From: a virus
Lineage: Duplodnaviria > Caudoviricetes
Reading direction: 5' to 3' (one strand)
IMG/VR virus record: IMGVR_UViG_3300035522_000179
Location: 96,001-160,000 of that record
Length of the DNA stretch: 64,000 nucleotides
A model generated the notes under the pieces. The model ran no database searches. It saw only the letters and a list, made by a program, of their open reading frames with translations, and had not been told where the DNA came from. Position numbers and translations under genes: made by a program. Shown piece by piece: positions 47,501 through 56,666 of the stretch (within the stretch, counting starts at the first letter, position 1; every line of letters begins with the position of its first letter).

Positions 47501-48346
47501 CCAGGCTTCTTCCTCAACCTGTTTCTCGATCTCAGAATGTGTCTGTTCTTTTACTTCATCGGAAACCAAATCAAGGACTTTTTCTTTCTTCTCAAGGTAT
47601 TCCTTTTTATATTTTTCATAACTCTTCTTCGCATACTTAGATAAGATCTCATCAATTCTCGGAACTGTAAATCCGCCATACTGCTGACTTGCTGCGGAAA
47701 GAATGATATCACCAATCACATCAAATGCAGTGTCAAGAGTTTTCGGTTCATTGTAAAAAATATTTCCCATTTCAAATCCGTTTTCCAAAACGGACTTTAC
47801 ATCAAACAGACAACAGTTAAAGCCATCTCTTCTAGAGGACATATCATGAACGTAGATATATCCATCTTTACATGCCTGTAAGGTTTTTACATTCATAAAG
47901 AACTTCTGGTAAAGCTCTTTGTTTAACTGACCGTAAATAAGGCATCTCTTGGTACTTGCCAAAGCAGAATCCGAATTGGCATTCTCCTTATCTCCAATAT
48001 ACATAATGGACTGAGATTTCTTATATACGGAATCCAAAATTTCTACAAAGCTCTGTTTGTAGTCTCTATAATCTCTATAAGATTTTGCAACAATGGGAGC
48101 AACGCTATCCAATGCCTTCTCCACAATATTGTGCATCGTGGGAACTGTCACGTACATGATGTCATCCTCTTCTCGTTCCCAATTGGATCGATTTAAAAGT
48201 TCTTCCACTACGAACTCCTGCAGTTTATCTAATTCTTCCTCAGTAAAGGTGTATAAACTTCGATACGCCGACTTCTTTACTGCGGTAATGACCTTTTGAA
48301 TGTCAAAGTCCTGCAGGGTTCCGTCCTTTTTAATCACTCTAACCAT
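44585..48346 (-). CDS. nrdD: anaerobic (class III) ribonucleoside-triphosphate reductase with two inteins (mature about 731 aa)
   Basis: ATP cone VIKKDG; FNCCL; QQYGG; FPKL; PMG|CRSFL; TPAESL|C; CEECG..CPKCG; RMNGYL glycyl radical loop. Confidence 0.95.
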   Translation of the reverse strand: MVRVIKKDGTLQDFDIQKVITAVKKSAYRSLYTFTEEELDKLQEFVVEELLNRSNWEREEDDIMYVTVPTMHNIVEKALDSVAPIVAKSYRDYRDYKQSFVEILDSVYKKSQSIMYIGDKENANSDSALASTKRCLIYGQLNKELYQKFFMNVKTLQACKDGYIYVHDMSSRRDGFNCCLFDVKSVLENGFEMGNIFYNEPKTLDTAFDVIGDIILSAASQQYGGFTVPRIDEILSKYAKKSYEKYKKEYLEKKEKVLDLVSDEVKEQTHSEIEKQVEEEAWATLERDMEQGFQGLEIKLNTVASSRGDYPFTTFTIGASTDKFAVLAARKCLETRMGGQGAPGKKRAVLFPKLVFTYTEDLHGEGKPLEDLFELAVKCSSKAMYPDYLSLDGNTTIAEMYHNYGEIIAPMGCVDGKEIVTYKFEGNLYVESISRMWSRIRKVFSTMPQIEGESHLYMDLMDVQIYDSKNGFVNVSRMVRNETRSWITLTLENGRVITCTPDHPFPVKGKGRTRADQISIGDVIPVITTQYNEVSDDITDDVHTWVNDYDITPDFSWMLGTLLLALDERTDSIAVPENVPKEYTEKFFNELEKNFSKIGPEIGTDYYPYPHKRSSTIYKFDSRPSLAKLMILFASQNVEMRIIPSIIFRSSRECKLAFLAGLIEYAGVIMKWTLDSTVSITLSSSGKELILQIMALMQSVGMQAEVNYGKDTYTVHAHLIDDLKNYIVIEDKKNYVSSKPSSNSEPFVDGTVIEIKHRDNYFDYSYDVTTDSDHFDVSGIYSHNCRSFLSPYYERGGFEPADEEDRPYFTGRFNMGVVSLNLPMIYMKAQQESRDFYEVLDEYLELARDVHVKTKEYLGEMRASTNPLAFCQGGIHGGHLNPSDKIKPLLDQATASFGITALNELNRIYNKKSIREDGEFPRQVMEYINKKALEFKKEDHIAYGIYGTPAESLCFAGDTKVWVSGIDSDGSVKKCIKDVKAGDLVYSYDHDANRFKLRTVVASSLTQKGARVVEVETSDGDKFICTSDHPFAVRGNDCIGYVEAQYLQENDVLMTFYVNFASEAKCTYVKSVKFLDDPCDVYNLEVLDTHNFLIGDAGVLVHNCGTQVTQFRQKYGIIENVSDRDYVSNSFHCHVTEEMDGIEKQDKEASYWDLFQGGRIQYVKYTCNYNLEAIRTYVRRAMKMGLYEGVNFKLCYCEECGHESTDTDVCPKCGSENIVSIERMNGYLSYSRVHGQTRLNAAKMAEIKERKSM
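45038..45487 (-). mobile_element. mini-intein (150 aa) in NrdD
   Basis: TPAESL|CFAGDTKV..CTSDHPF..VYNLEV..VLVHN|CGTQ. Confidence 0.93.
45995..47110 (-). mobile_element. intein (372 aa) with degenerate LAGLIDADG domain in NrdD
   Basis: APMG|CVDGKE..CTPDHPF..AFLAGLIEYAG..SYDVTT..YSHN|CRSFL. Confidence 0.93.
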
Positions 48347-48374
48347 TCAATAAAACCTTCTTTCATTTTGTGAT

Positions 48375-48459
48375 TAACAGATTGTTTTTTGGTGATATGA
48401 AATCAGAATTTTATAAAAAACTATACCCGAGTGAAAAGTGACCAAAAAACATTACTTTA
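48375..48459. promoter_or_regulatory. divergent pair of AACA-N6-TA promoters (- at 48375-48386, + at 48448-48459)
   Basis: Exact motif on both strands. Confidence 0.6.
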
Positions 48460-48486
48460 ACCCGATTAGAAAGAAGGTAAAATGAT

Positions 48487-51447
48487 ATGGAAACAAACAA
48501 TAATTCTTCTGGTTCTTATTCAGAAGAAGGTTTATTTCAAGAGTCTTATCTTTTGAATTATTTCTTTAATAAGGTAAAGTTAGCAAGAATTAGTTCGAAC
48601 CCTGAAATAGGTCGTAAGAACATGCTTGCATTGATTAAGATATTAAAAAAGAATTATATAAAACTTGGGAAAACCGACCGAGTAAAAAAGGTTCGTAAAT
48701 CAAAAGATGTTGGATGCTATTTATATCCAGCGGCTAGTTTTACATTTCCCGATAAAATGGAAGTAACGGTGTATATCTGCTTTGATGATAGTTCTTTTAC
48801 ACCAGGAGCAGCAAGTTATAATAAAGAGATTGGATATCACATCATTGTATATCCTGGTTTCTTTACAGATACAGAAGACCAAGCAATCTTTACGTTGTTG
48901 CATGAGTTTGGTCATATTCGTCTTGGGCACTGTAGAGGATACAATGCTCATCGAAATATTTTCGGAAAAGAAGATTATTCGGAGCACCGTGTAAGAACGA
49001 TGGCAAAAGGAGAAGTGATCTATCCTGAAAGTAATGCTGACTTGTATGCGGTATTAAACGGCGCAGATATGTATGCCATCTTAGGAATGTATACCCCAAT
49101 GGATCATGATGATAAATATGATTATCGTTATTCCAATGCAGAAGCGGCTGCAAGATACAAAGACGTATTTAAACGATATGGAAAACTGAGAGGATTTAGA
49201 GAAGGGGTGGAACTCTATCTTGGAGAGGATGAATCTCCTGTTACCGAAACACATATGGATACATTGGTCACCCGTCCGGAAGTTTATTTCAATAAGAAAT
49301 TTAAACTTTATCATTTCTCAAATTCAAAAAAAGATATCGTTGTTCCAATCACAGTAAATGCTGGAAACAAACTTGCAAAGCCAAGATTTTCTTCTTGGTG
49401 GACACCTCAAAAAAGTCAGATTGCTTGGGCGTTAGCAAATCAGCTTTTTGAAAAGTTCCCAGAGTGCAAATGGAAAAATGTTACCTGGGCGGTTTCCGAT
49501 TTTGATCAAGATGGACTAAAATACAAAGCCTTCAAAACCATAATAAGTGAAAGCTTTTTTAAGAAGCATGAAGACTTTATAAAGTCCATCGATATTTATA
49601 TGCATGAAAAAACCTTTAATGGGAAAGATCTTGGTCGAGGAAATGAATACAGTGTCGATGAGTTCACATGTGATTTTGCTGTAAAACCAGATAAAGTAAC
49701 TCGTGTTAGTTGGGACGAAATTATGGATTACATAAAGATCGTTCCGGATGAAGAAATGCCCGAATATATCAAAGTATTCAATGACATAAGACTGCATGAT
49801 AAAAACTGGCAGGATTTAATTCATCAGAAAAAAGAATGGCTTTATTGGGAATTTGATACGTCAAATGAAATCAGACGGAAATATTGCAAAGACCATAACA
49901 TTGAATGGTCAGTAGATGAAGAATACTTCCGATTCACTTACAAAGGAAAAGGGATCTATGAAGCTTTGAAAGAAAAAGTAGATCCTGAAACTTGGAAAAA
50001 ATTTTTAAGATCATCCATGTTTACATGGTTACCAAAGCCAGAGCAATATCCGAAAGGTTGTATATCGTACTTTACAAAAGAAGGAAGAAGACTTTTCACA
50101 AAAAGAGTATTACCAATTTGTGAGAGATATCTGGGAGAGGACATTGAATTCTCTAAGGTAAAGAATCTCACAAATATCGTATATAAAGATAAATATCAAG
50201 TGATTGTAGATACTTCTATAACAGAATCTGCATATGATGATATCTCTAATGAGCTTTTGGATTTCATTGTAGAAGCAACCGGTGATTCTCATTTTATCAT
50301 TGAAGGAATCTATCCGAAAGTATCGGAAGTATTAAAAACTCCAGTTGGAGATAAAGAGTTTAAAAGGGCAGTGGAAAACTTCATTGACAGAAACTCAGAA
50401 AAATTGCATGAACCTTGTCCGATTTCCATGATTGCTTTCACTGATGGTGATAAGAATCGATTCTATGATATTTTCAATGTCACAGAAAAAGAATTAAAAG
50501 AAATTGTATCGAAAGGAGTATCTGCAGTCTCAAGCCAAGCAAACTTCAAATTGGTAAATCAGAATCCCATTTTTAGTTTGTTTTACTGCGTTTTAAGATA
50601 CTATATTTTGAAAAATGATGAGCAAGGAATTAACGCTACCTTGGTAATTCATGCACTAGCATCTTACCCTTCAGTATTTAGTAAATACTTTAAGTATGGT
50701 GCAAATGCAGGAGTGATGCGTTATACAGCCGATCATCTTACAGAGAAGTTTATTTTCAAACAAGAAGGACATGTATTTGGAGCTCTTCGTGCAAGCATTT
50801 ACAGTTCTTATAAATTCTTAAAGCCTTACTTTAAGGATGGATCCGATAAAGAAGTAGTTCGTTATATTCAGCGTATTCGAAATGACCAAAACTCAATGAT
50901 CAAAAAGATTGCGAATGAATATAACAAAAACTACGTTGCTGGAAATACCATGACAACTCAAAACGAAACTTACGGTACGGGATCCTTAATCGATGATGCT
51001 GTAAATGATACCTCGAAAGTAGAGACCATTGGGCAAGCAGTGATCATCAGTATCCTTACCAATGGAATTAATCTGAATCTGTTAAATACTGCAGCCGCGA
51101 TGTCTCAGTTGTCTATTGTAGAACTTCGCTTGTATTTAACTCAGATTCTTACGGATAAACGATCTACAGAATTAGAAGATTTCATCAATGCGGTTTTGTT
51201 TGTTTATCTTTATGATGAAAAGCATCCCGTCAATGAAATCAAATCCAAAACGTTTTTGTCTTTTGGTATTGAATTATTTAGAAGAACCAATTCCAATAAT
51301 AAAAACATTGCTACGATTAAACGATTGCTTGATAAATGGGCGGAAGAAACTGGAATTCATTCTAGGTTCAAAAGAGAAGGTACGAGAATTTCTTATAAAA
51401 AAGGAATTTATTGGTACATTATGTTAACCATTCAAGCTGCAGCATAA
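48487..51447 (+). CDS. multidomain putative virion protein (986 aa) with N-terminal zincin metallopeptidase
   Basis: LLHEFGHIRLGH plus ESNAD; further domains separated by VTE/T and ITE/S; late promoter upstream. Confidence 0.75.
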   Translation: METNNNSSGSYSEEGLFQESYLLNYFFNKVKLARISSNPEIGRKNMLALIKILKKNYIKLGKTDRVKKVRKSKDVGCYLYPAASFTFPDKMEVTVYICFDDSSFTPGAASYNKEIGYHIIVYPGFFTDTEDQAIFTLLHEFGHIRLGHCRGYNAHRNIFGKEDYSEHRVRTMAKGEVIYPESNADLYAVLNGADMYAILGMYTPMDHDDKYDYRYSNAEAAARYKDVFKRYGKLRGFREGVELYLGEDESPVTETHMDTLVTRPEVYFNKKFKLYHFSNSKKDIVVPITVNAGNKLAKPRFSSWWTPQKSQIAWALANQLFEKFPECKWKNVTWAVSDFDQDGLKYKAFKTIISESFFKKHEDFIKSIDIYMHEKTFNGKDLGRGNEYSVDEFTCDFAVKPDKVTRVSWDEIMDYIKIVPDEEMPEYIKVFNDIRLHDKNWQDLIHQKKEWLYWEFDTSNEIRRKYCKDHNIEWSVDEEYFRFTYKGKGIYEALKEKVDPETWKKFLRSSMFTWLPKPEQYPKGCISYFTKEGRRLFTKRVLPICERYLGEDIEFSKVKNLTNIVYKDKYQVIVDTSITESAYDDISNELLDFIVEATGDSHFIIEGIYPKVSEVLKTPVGDKEFKRAVENFIDRNSEKLHEPCPISMIAFTDGDKNRFYDIFNVTEKELKEIVSKGVSAVSSQANFKLVNQNPIFSLFYCVLRYYILKNDEQGINATLVIHALASYPSVFSKYFKYGANAGVMRYTADHLTEKFIFKQEGHVFGALRASIYSSYKFLKPYFKDGSDKEVVRYIQRIRNDQNSMIKKIANEYNKNYVAGNTMTTQNETYGTGSLIDDAVNDTSKVETIGQAVIISILTNGINLNLLNTAAAMSQLSIVELRLYLTQILTDKRSTELEDFINAVLFVYLYDEKHPVNEIKSKTFLSFGIELFRRTNSNNKNIATIKRLLDKWAEETGIHSRFKREGTRISYKKGIYWYIMLTIQAAA

Positions 51448-51882
51448 AAAAAAGAAGAGTATAGAGAGAAATCTCTGTACTCTTCTTTTTATCAAGAAGG
51501 GGTAAATTTGGAGGATCAAACATTCCGGAGTCATCCGGGTGAAGTCAACCAAATTTACATTTCGCGATGGGCTATCAGAATCATTACTACTTGTTTCATT
51601 CAGAATAAAAGCGCACAAATCAAGTGCATGGATAGTTTCGTTATTATCTCCCTCATTTATCCTTTCATGTGATTCCTCATAGCAAAGACATTCTACGAAG
51701 TTTGTAAAACCAGCAGTACTAAAGAAGCGAACACAACTGTCGTTCACATTCTGAATAGGTGGATCCTCGGAATATAACTCGTCGAGTGCACGTGCAACCT
51801 CTCCGATGTTGTTTCCGTAATACTTAAAGCCGTTTAAATCTGTCATAGAATCGAACATCTTTTCAGAAAATGCCTTATGCAT
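51424..51882 (-). CDS. hypothetical protein; 3' end runs through the terminator
   Basis: AAGGAGG RBS; C-terminus overlaps the converging gene, so the end is uncertain. Confidence 0.6.
   Translation of the reverse strand: MHKAFSEKMFDSMTDLNGFKYYGNNIGEVARALDELYSEDPPIQNVNDSCVRFFSTAGFTNFVECLCYEESHERINEGDNNETIHALDLCAFILNETSSNDSDSPSRNVNLVDFTRMTPECLILQIYPFLIKRRVQRFLSILFFFLCCSLNG
51447..51490. terminator. bidirectional intrinsic terminator
   Basis: AAAAGAAGAGTATAGAGA-gaaa-TCTCTGTACTCTTCTTTT. Confidence 0.8.
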
Positions 51883-52099
51883 TTTTCTTTTGCCCTCCTT
51901 TACTTCTTTCGTTTTAAGAATTCGGTCGTACGTTAGTAATCATTCTCAAAACTACTTTGTATTTTTTGAGTAGAAATTCAGATGTTTTTCTGGTATATTT
52001 ATCTCGTACTCACTAATATAATATACAAATTGATTTTCTGATTTTTCAAAAAGACAAAAAAAGAAAGAGTACGTGATTTTTCTCGCGTACTCTTTCTTT

Positions 52100-52327
52100 T
52101 CATTTACACATGCATGAGTAAATTTCAACGATCGACTGCATAGACTCTGGCATAGATTCAATTACGGCTTTTAACTTAAAGTATTTATTTTCTGCGGAAA
52201 CCCGTCTTGCTTTCTCCTCTTCATATGCATTCACAAGATCTTGTTTGTCTCTTGTTAAAGAGACGATTTCATCTTTGTACTTTTTGGATACTTCTTCTCT
52301 AATACGTTCATATTCTTTTTGTGTCAT
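52100..52327 (-). CDS. small coiled-coil protein (75 aa)
   Basis: ORF followed by a hairpin terminator at 52056-52100. Confidence 0.7.
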   Translation of the reverse strand: MTQKEYERIREEVSKKYKDEIVSLTRDKQDLVNAYEEEKARRVSAENKYFKLKAVIESMPESMQSIVEIYSCMCK

Positions 52328-52432
52328 GTTTTCTTCTAGCCTTCCATTCTAGTATTTTTCGTTTGTAAAAATCTTAAATCAGATAGAGCGAATAAAACAT
52401 CTTCCAAATTAATGTTAACGTTTTCGTACCAA

Positions 52433-52729
52433 TTAAATCTCCGACATATAATCTGTGAAGTCTTCTTCTAACAATCGGTTATCAATTACACCCGTAGAAA
52501 TTCCAACCAGATTGGATGAAGATATGTCCTGAATCAATTTCTTCAGGGAAAGTGTTGCTGCACTAAACCGGTCTGAAGAATTGATTAATTTCTTTTTATC
52601 CTTTTTGGATATCGTTCTTTTTCTTTGGTCAACCCGGATTGGATTTACCACATCATTTAAATTTGCATTTGCTTTCATCAAAGACTTTTCAATCTCAATC
52701 AAAGCTTCTGCAATTTCTTCATGTTGCAT
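52433..52729 (-). CDS. hypothetical early protein (98 aa)
   Basis: AAGGAGG RBS; early motif at 52766-52774. Confidence 0.75.
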   Translation of the reverse strand: MQHEEIAEALIEIEKSLMKANANLNDVVNPIRVDQRKRTISKKDKKKLINSSDRFSAATLSLKKLIQDISSSNLVGISTGVIDNRLLEEDFTDYMSEI

Positions 52730-52894
52730 AAGAACCGTCCCTCCTTATCTTTATTTATACAAAGAAATAATATATAAATATATTTTTTCTTGCATTTCAC
52801 GCAAAATATTTTAAAAAACACTATTGTAAAGCAATATGGATAGTATATGAAGATGTACTTGTGATTCGAATGAAAAGAAAAGGGGATTTTTGTT

Positions 52895-53608
52895 ATGACG
52901 GATGTATCAGAATCTATTGTACTACAGATTGTCGATACGATAAGCAAAACTCGAGTTGGTGTATATGTTCTTTGTCTTTCTTTGTTAATTGTTGTGATCT
53001 TTCCTATCATCAAATGGACGTATCCCATTATCCAAGAAAAGAAAGAGAAGAAGAAAAAACAAGAAGAAGAAAACAAAAGATCCAAAGAAGAAGAAAAAGA
53101 ATTTCGTAAGAATATGAATCGTGTAATTGAACATCTTCCAGAATTGGATACGCAGGTGTCCGTTCTCGCATCTGAAGTCAATTCTTTAAATAGTTTGAAA
53201 ACGGATCTTGCAGAAACCACGGAAACGTTTAAGAAATCCATTGAAACCTTATCTCAGGATATTCAAAAGATTTCTTCCGCTTCCGATACTGGGGATGAAA
53301 AGATCACAACTGAATTAAAAGAAACAAGAGAAATGGTAAAAGAATTGGCTTCCACAACCATGACTATAAAGTCAAACGTGGATGTGATGTTAGAAAGTGA
53401 TGTCAATGAGTTTCGTCTTTATTTGACGCAACTTCATGATAAATATATCAATAACAACGAAACCATGCCAAGAGGCGTAAAACAAGAACTTCGGATTAAG
53501 TTCAATTCCTATCGGAAAAAGGGTGGAAACGGATGGGCAGAAGAGATGTATAACGAATTAATGAATATTCCGAATGAACCACTCAATATTCACTTAGATG
53601 ATTTCTAA
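52895..53608 (+). CDS. membrane-anchored coiled-coil protein, possibly holin-like/lysis-associated
   Basis: N-terminal TM; C-terminal YRKKGGNGWAEEMYNELMNIP; AACA-N6-TA at 52817-52828. Confidence 0.55.
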   Translation: MTDVSESIVLQIVDTISKTRVGVYVLCLSLLIVVIFPIIKWTYPIIQEKKEKKKKQEEENKRSKEEEKEFRKNMNRVIEHLPELDTQVSVLASEVNSLNSLKTDLAETTETFKKSIETLSQDIQKISSASDTGDEKITTELKETREMVKELASTTMTIKSNVDVMLESDVNEFRLYLTQLHDKYINNNETMPRGVKQELRIKFNSYRKKGGNGWAEEMYNELMNIPNEPLNIHLDDF

Positions 53609-53611
53609 AAA

Positions 53612-53655
53612 AAAATAAATGAAGTAGAGTTTAAATAAACTCTACTTCATTTTTA
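53612..53655. terminator. bidirectional intrinsic terminator
   Basis: AAATGAAGTAGAGTTTA-aa-TAAACTCTACTTCATTT. Confidence 0.85.
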
Positions 53656-55095
53656 AAGGTATAAAGGTACAATTTCTTTTGCAACCTTTTCCATGAACTT
53701 CTCATGCTCTTGTTGCGATTGGATCATATAAGGAATGGTCTTATCTACCAAATCATAAAAGTAGGTATCCTCTCCTTTGAATCGATCCAGTCTTCCTTTC
53801 AACTGATGAGTTGTAATCTTGGAAGAATGTGGCTCTGCGCAAATGATACATTGTAAGTTCGGCGGGTTAAATCCCGTACCGCAGGACTTGATTGTAGAAG
53901 AAATGATATCACAGTTTTGATTTCTGAAATTCACTTCTTTACTATTATTTGAATAAATCGTTCCTATGGTTTTTCCTTCAATGAATCTAGAAACCATTTG
54001 AGCAATCCAATCCACTGATTCTTTCTTCGGAGATACAATTAAGATTTGTCCTTCATGTTCCAATGCTTCTGATAATGCATACTTTAATGCATTCTCTAAT
54101 CCACAGGAATAATCAGAATAGAGTGCAAAATCAATAAACTTAAAACTCGAAAATCCATGAGAATCTTTCATCCCAATGATATATTTCTGGCTCAATCCTC
54201 CTTTGTAGATGACTGGATGATAATGGATTTTTCTTTCTTTCTCTTCCAGTTTATCGTTGTATTTCGCAGAAGAAGAGAGCATGATATTAAAGATTTTGCT
54301 TTCTCTTGCATTACTCCGACCCATCGTTGCGGTTAGATAAAATGTCTTTCTAACATTGGTGTAGGAATCAATAACGAAGGATGAATTGATAAACTCATGT
54401 GCTTCATCATAGATCTTTAATCCAATTCCTGCAACAGACATGAACTCATTCACATCATTCCATCCATCGGACTTTGCAAAGGATTGAATGGTTTGGTGAA
54501 GGATAATATACACATCTCCTTCTACTTCCATCTCAATCACTTTTCGCATCATCTCTGAAGAGACTTGAATGATTCTCTCTTCTGGAATATTTGTGAACTT
54601 CATGATTTCACTTTTCCAGTGATCAGACAGATAGCTTCTATTTACAATCACTAACGTTTTATATCCCAATTTCGTAAAGGAAGCAATGGCACAATACGTC
54701 TTTCCACCAGCTGTTTCCAAATTCAAACTGTACTGGCAGTATGCTCGATTCCCTATGAAATTTTCTTGGGAAGTTAGAAAGTTAATAGAAGATCTTTGAA
54801 TCTCTGATCTTGGGTCTACCAAAACTTCGTAAGGTTGACTCATTTCTTTATAAGGCGTTGGCTCGTAGTTTTTTGTTGCTAAAACGCCGAAGTGATCTTC
54901 CAACACCTCTAAGTTAATCCCTTTCGGTAAATACAACTTATCATCATCAATGAAATATCCAACGGGTTCGTACTTCCCATGACTTCTGGTAATCTGAACC
55001 CATTTGGATAATGCTTTTTCTAATTCGAAATACTCCCCTTTTTTGTAAGGGGAGATTTCGATATGGGTATGAAATACATCAATTCTCTTATTCAT
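53653..55095 (-). CDS. superfamily 2 DNA helicase (UvsW-like)
   Basis: LETAGGKT, IYDEAH, LTAT, GTGFN, QLKGRLDR, YDLVD. Confidence 0.88.
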   Translation of the reverse strand: MNKRIDVFHTHIEISPYKKGEYFELEKALSKWVQITRSHGKYEPVGYFIDDDKLYLPKGINLEVLEDHFGVLATKNYEPTPYKEMSQPYEVLVDPRSEIQRSSINFLTSQENFIGNRAYCQYSLNLETAGGKTYCAIASFTKLGYKTLVIVNRSYLSDHWKSEIMKFTNIPEERIIQVSSEMMRKVIEMEVEGDVYIILHQTIQSFAKSDGWNDVNEFMSVAGIGLKIYDEAHEFINSSFVIDSYTNVRKTFYLTATMGRSNARESKIFNIMLSSSAKYNDKLEEKERKIHYHPVIYKGGLSQKYIIGMKDSHGFSSFKFIDFALYSDYSCGLENALKYALSEALEHEGQILIVSPKKESVDWIAQMVSRFIEGKTIGTIYSNNSKEVNFRNQNCDIISSTIKSCGTGFNPPNLQCIICAEPHSSKITTHQLKGRLDRFKGEDTYFYDLVDKTIPYMIQSQQEHEKFMEKVAKEIVPLYL

Positions 55096-55742
55096 TTTCT
55101 TATTCCCTTCACAGCCGTTATGATGTTATCAGCTGTATTTTTAATCCCTTTACTCAAGTTGTTAAGGGCATCACTAAGTTTATATACATCTGAAATATCC
55201 GGAAGAGAATCTACCCATTCTTGAAGTTCTTCTAAGGCAGCTTCCCAATTACTACGGTCTGCCCGAATAACAAGACAGTTTTCTTTTAAATCTAGATTAT
55301 CGATATACCACGACAGGGGAAGATTCAAAGAAAACAAATCAAAATGTTCAAGATTCCTGAAATAGATATAGGGGTCACAACTTCCATGTCCTTCACAGCA
55401 GTATTCTGTAAGGTAACCTTTCTTGTTTAAGACAGAAATAATATCTGCGATGTTCGGATCCAAAACAATTAAGTCGAGATCTCTCCCTTCACATTCAGGA
55501 CATTTATCTATTCGAAAATGAAGCTCTGGGGAACTTACTACCACGTCAGCGTAGTTCTCCGAAACGGACGTTTGCCTTAAGAATACATATTGCTTTGCTC
55601 GTACGCGTGCCCGATAAATGTGATAACAGATCGGACACATAAATGCAATATCTCCCTCTTTTTGGTCAATATGATTATCAAAGCATAACGGTCCACATTC
55701 ATGTATATCGCAGAAATAATTTACTTTTAAGTTGTATTTCAT
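55092..55742 (-). CDS. Cys-rich hypothetical protein
   Basis: CPIC..CPEC; LNKKGYLTEYCCEGH. Confidence 0.75.
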   Translation of the reverse strand: MKYNLKVNYFCDIHECGPLCFDNHIDQKEGDIAFMCPICYHIYRARVRAKQYVFLRQTSVSENYADVVVSSPELHFRIDKCPECEGRDLDLIVLDPNIADIISVLNKKGYLTEYCCEGHGSCDPYIYFRNLEHFDLFSLNLPLSWYIDNLDLKENCLVIRADRSNWEAALEELQEWVDSLPDISDVYKLSDALNNLSKGIKNTADNIITAVKGIRK

Positions 55743-55811
55743 TTTTCGTCACCTCTTATTCATAATAGATTCCACTGTACTATCTTTCTAGCACAGTGGA
55801 ATCGAAAAGGT

Positions 55812-56033
55812 CTAGCACATAAATATGAAAGCGAATTTCATAATCAGGTATTTGTCTCCATCTGAAAATCCCTGAAGCAACTTATCGATATCAGCGGATC
55901 CTTTTGCGGAATCCTTTGCAACGCTAGCAGACATATTTCTAGCGATCTCCTTTGCTGCTTTCTTGATTGCAGCGTCCTTTTCCTCACGAATGTCATCCAT
56001 AGATGATTTCAGTTCTACAAAACTCTTTCCCAT
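55812..56033 (-). CDS. small hypothetical protein (73 aa)
   Basis: AAGGAG RBS. Confidence 0.7.
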   Translation of the reverse strand: MGKSFVELKSSMDDIREEKDAAIKKAAKEIARNMSASVAKDSAKGSADIDKLLQGFSDGDKYLIMKFAFIFMC

Positions 56034-56051
56034 TGTTTTAATCTCCTTTTA

Positions 56052-56651
56052 TTATTTTAATAATTCCAAAGCATTAAGTAAGCTTTTGCTCTTATAATGC
56101 TCTTTAAACATGGTATATCCTGCTCTTTCTTCGTAAAGACCTTCCAGAGTTTCCGGGAAGGCATCAATGTCTTCTTCAATATGAAGGAACTCGCTCTGGT
56201 CAGCATTCTCAAGAACATCTTTTGCCACCTTCAAGCAATAAGTCTTCAATCTTTTGATTACATCTTCATTATCGTAATTTGCAGATACCAATACGGAAAA
56301 CGCTACTTCGTGAACGATCCTGGGGCTTTCCGATATGATTGCGTCCTGATATGCAAACAAGACGTCCGCTCTCACGGTATAAACACCACCACCAAAAATA
56401 ATGGTGAAAGATATTTGAACCTCGGGTTTTGCAGATAATAACCCGGTCTCCAAAGTTGTTTCAAACAACTCCTTATAGGGGTTGTGGTAATACTGTATGT
56501 CACTACATTCGACTCTTAAGTCCTTAGCAGCATAAGTGTATTCCCCTTTGTTATCATTTAATATCTCACTCAATATTCCGATTCCAATTTTTCCCGGAAA
56601 TACTCTATCCTCCTCTTTGGGTTCTACTTCCTTTTTCTTAAAGATTGACAT
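56052..56651 (-). CDS. hypothetical protein (199 aa)
   Basis: AAGGAGG RBS. Confidence 0.8.
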   Translation of the reverse strand: MSIFKKKEVEPKEEDRVFPGKIGIGILSEILNDNKGEYTYAAKDLRVECSDIQYYHNPYKELFETTLETGLLSAKPEVQISFTIIFGGGVYTVRADVLFAYQDAIISESPRIVHEVAFSVLVSANYDNEDVIKRLKTYCLKVAKDVLENADQSEFLHIEEDIDAFPETLEGLYEERAGYTMFKEHYKSKSLLNALELLK

Positions 56652-56666
56652 AATTCCATCCTCCTT

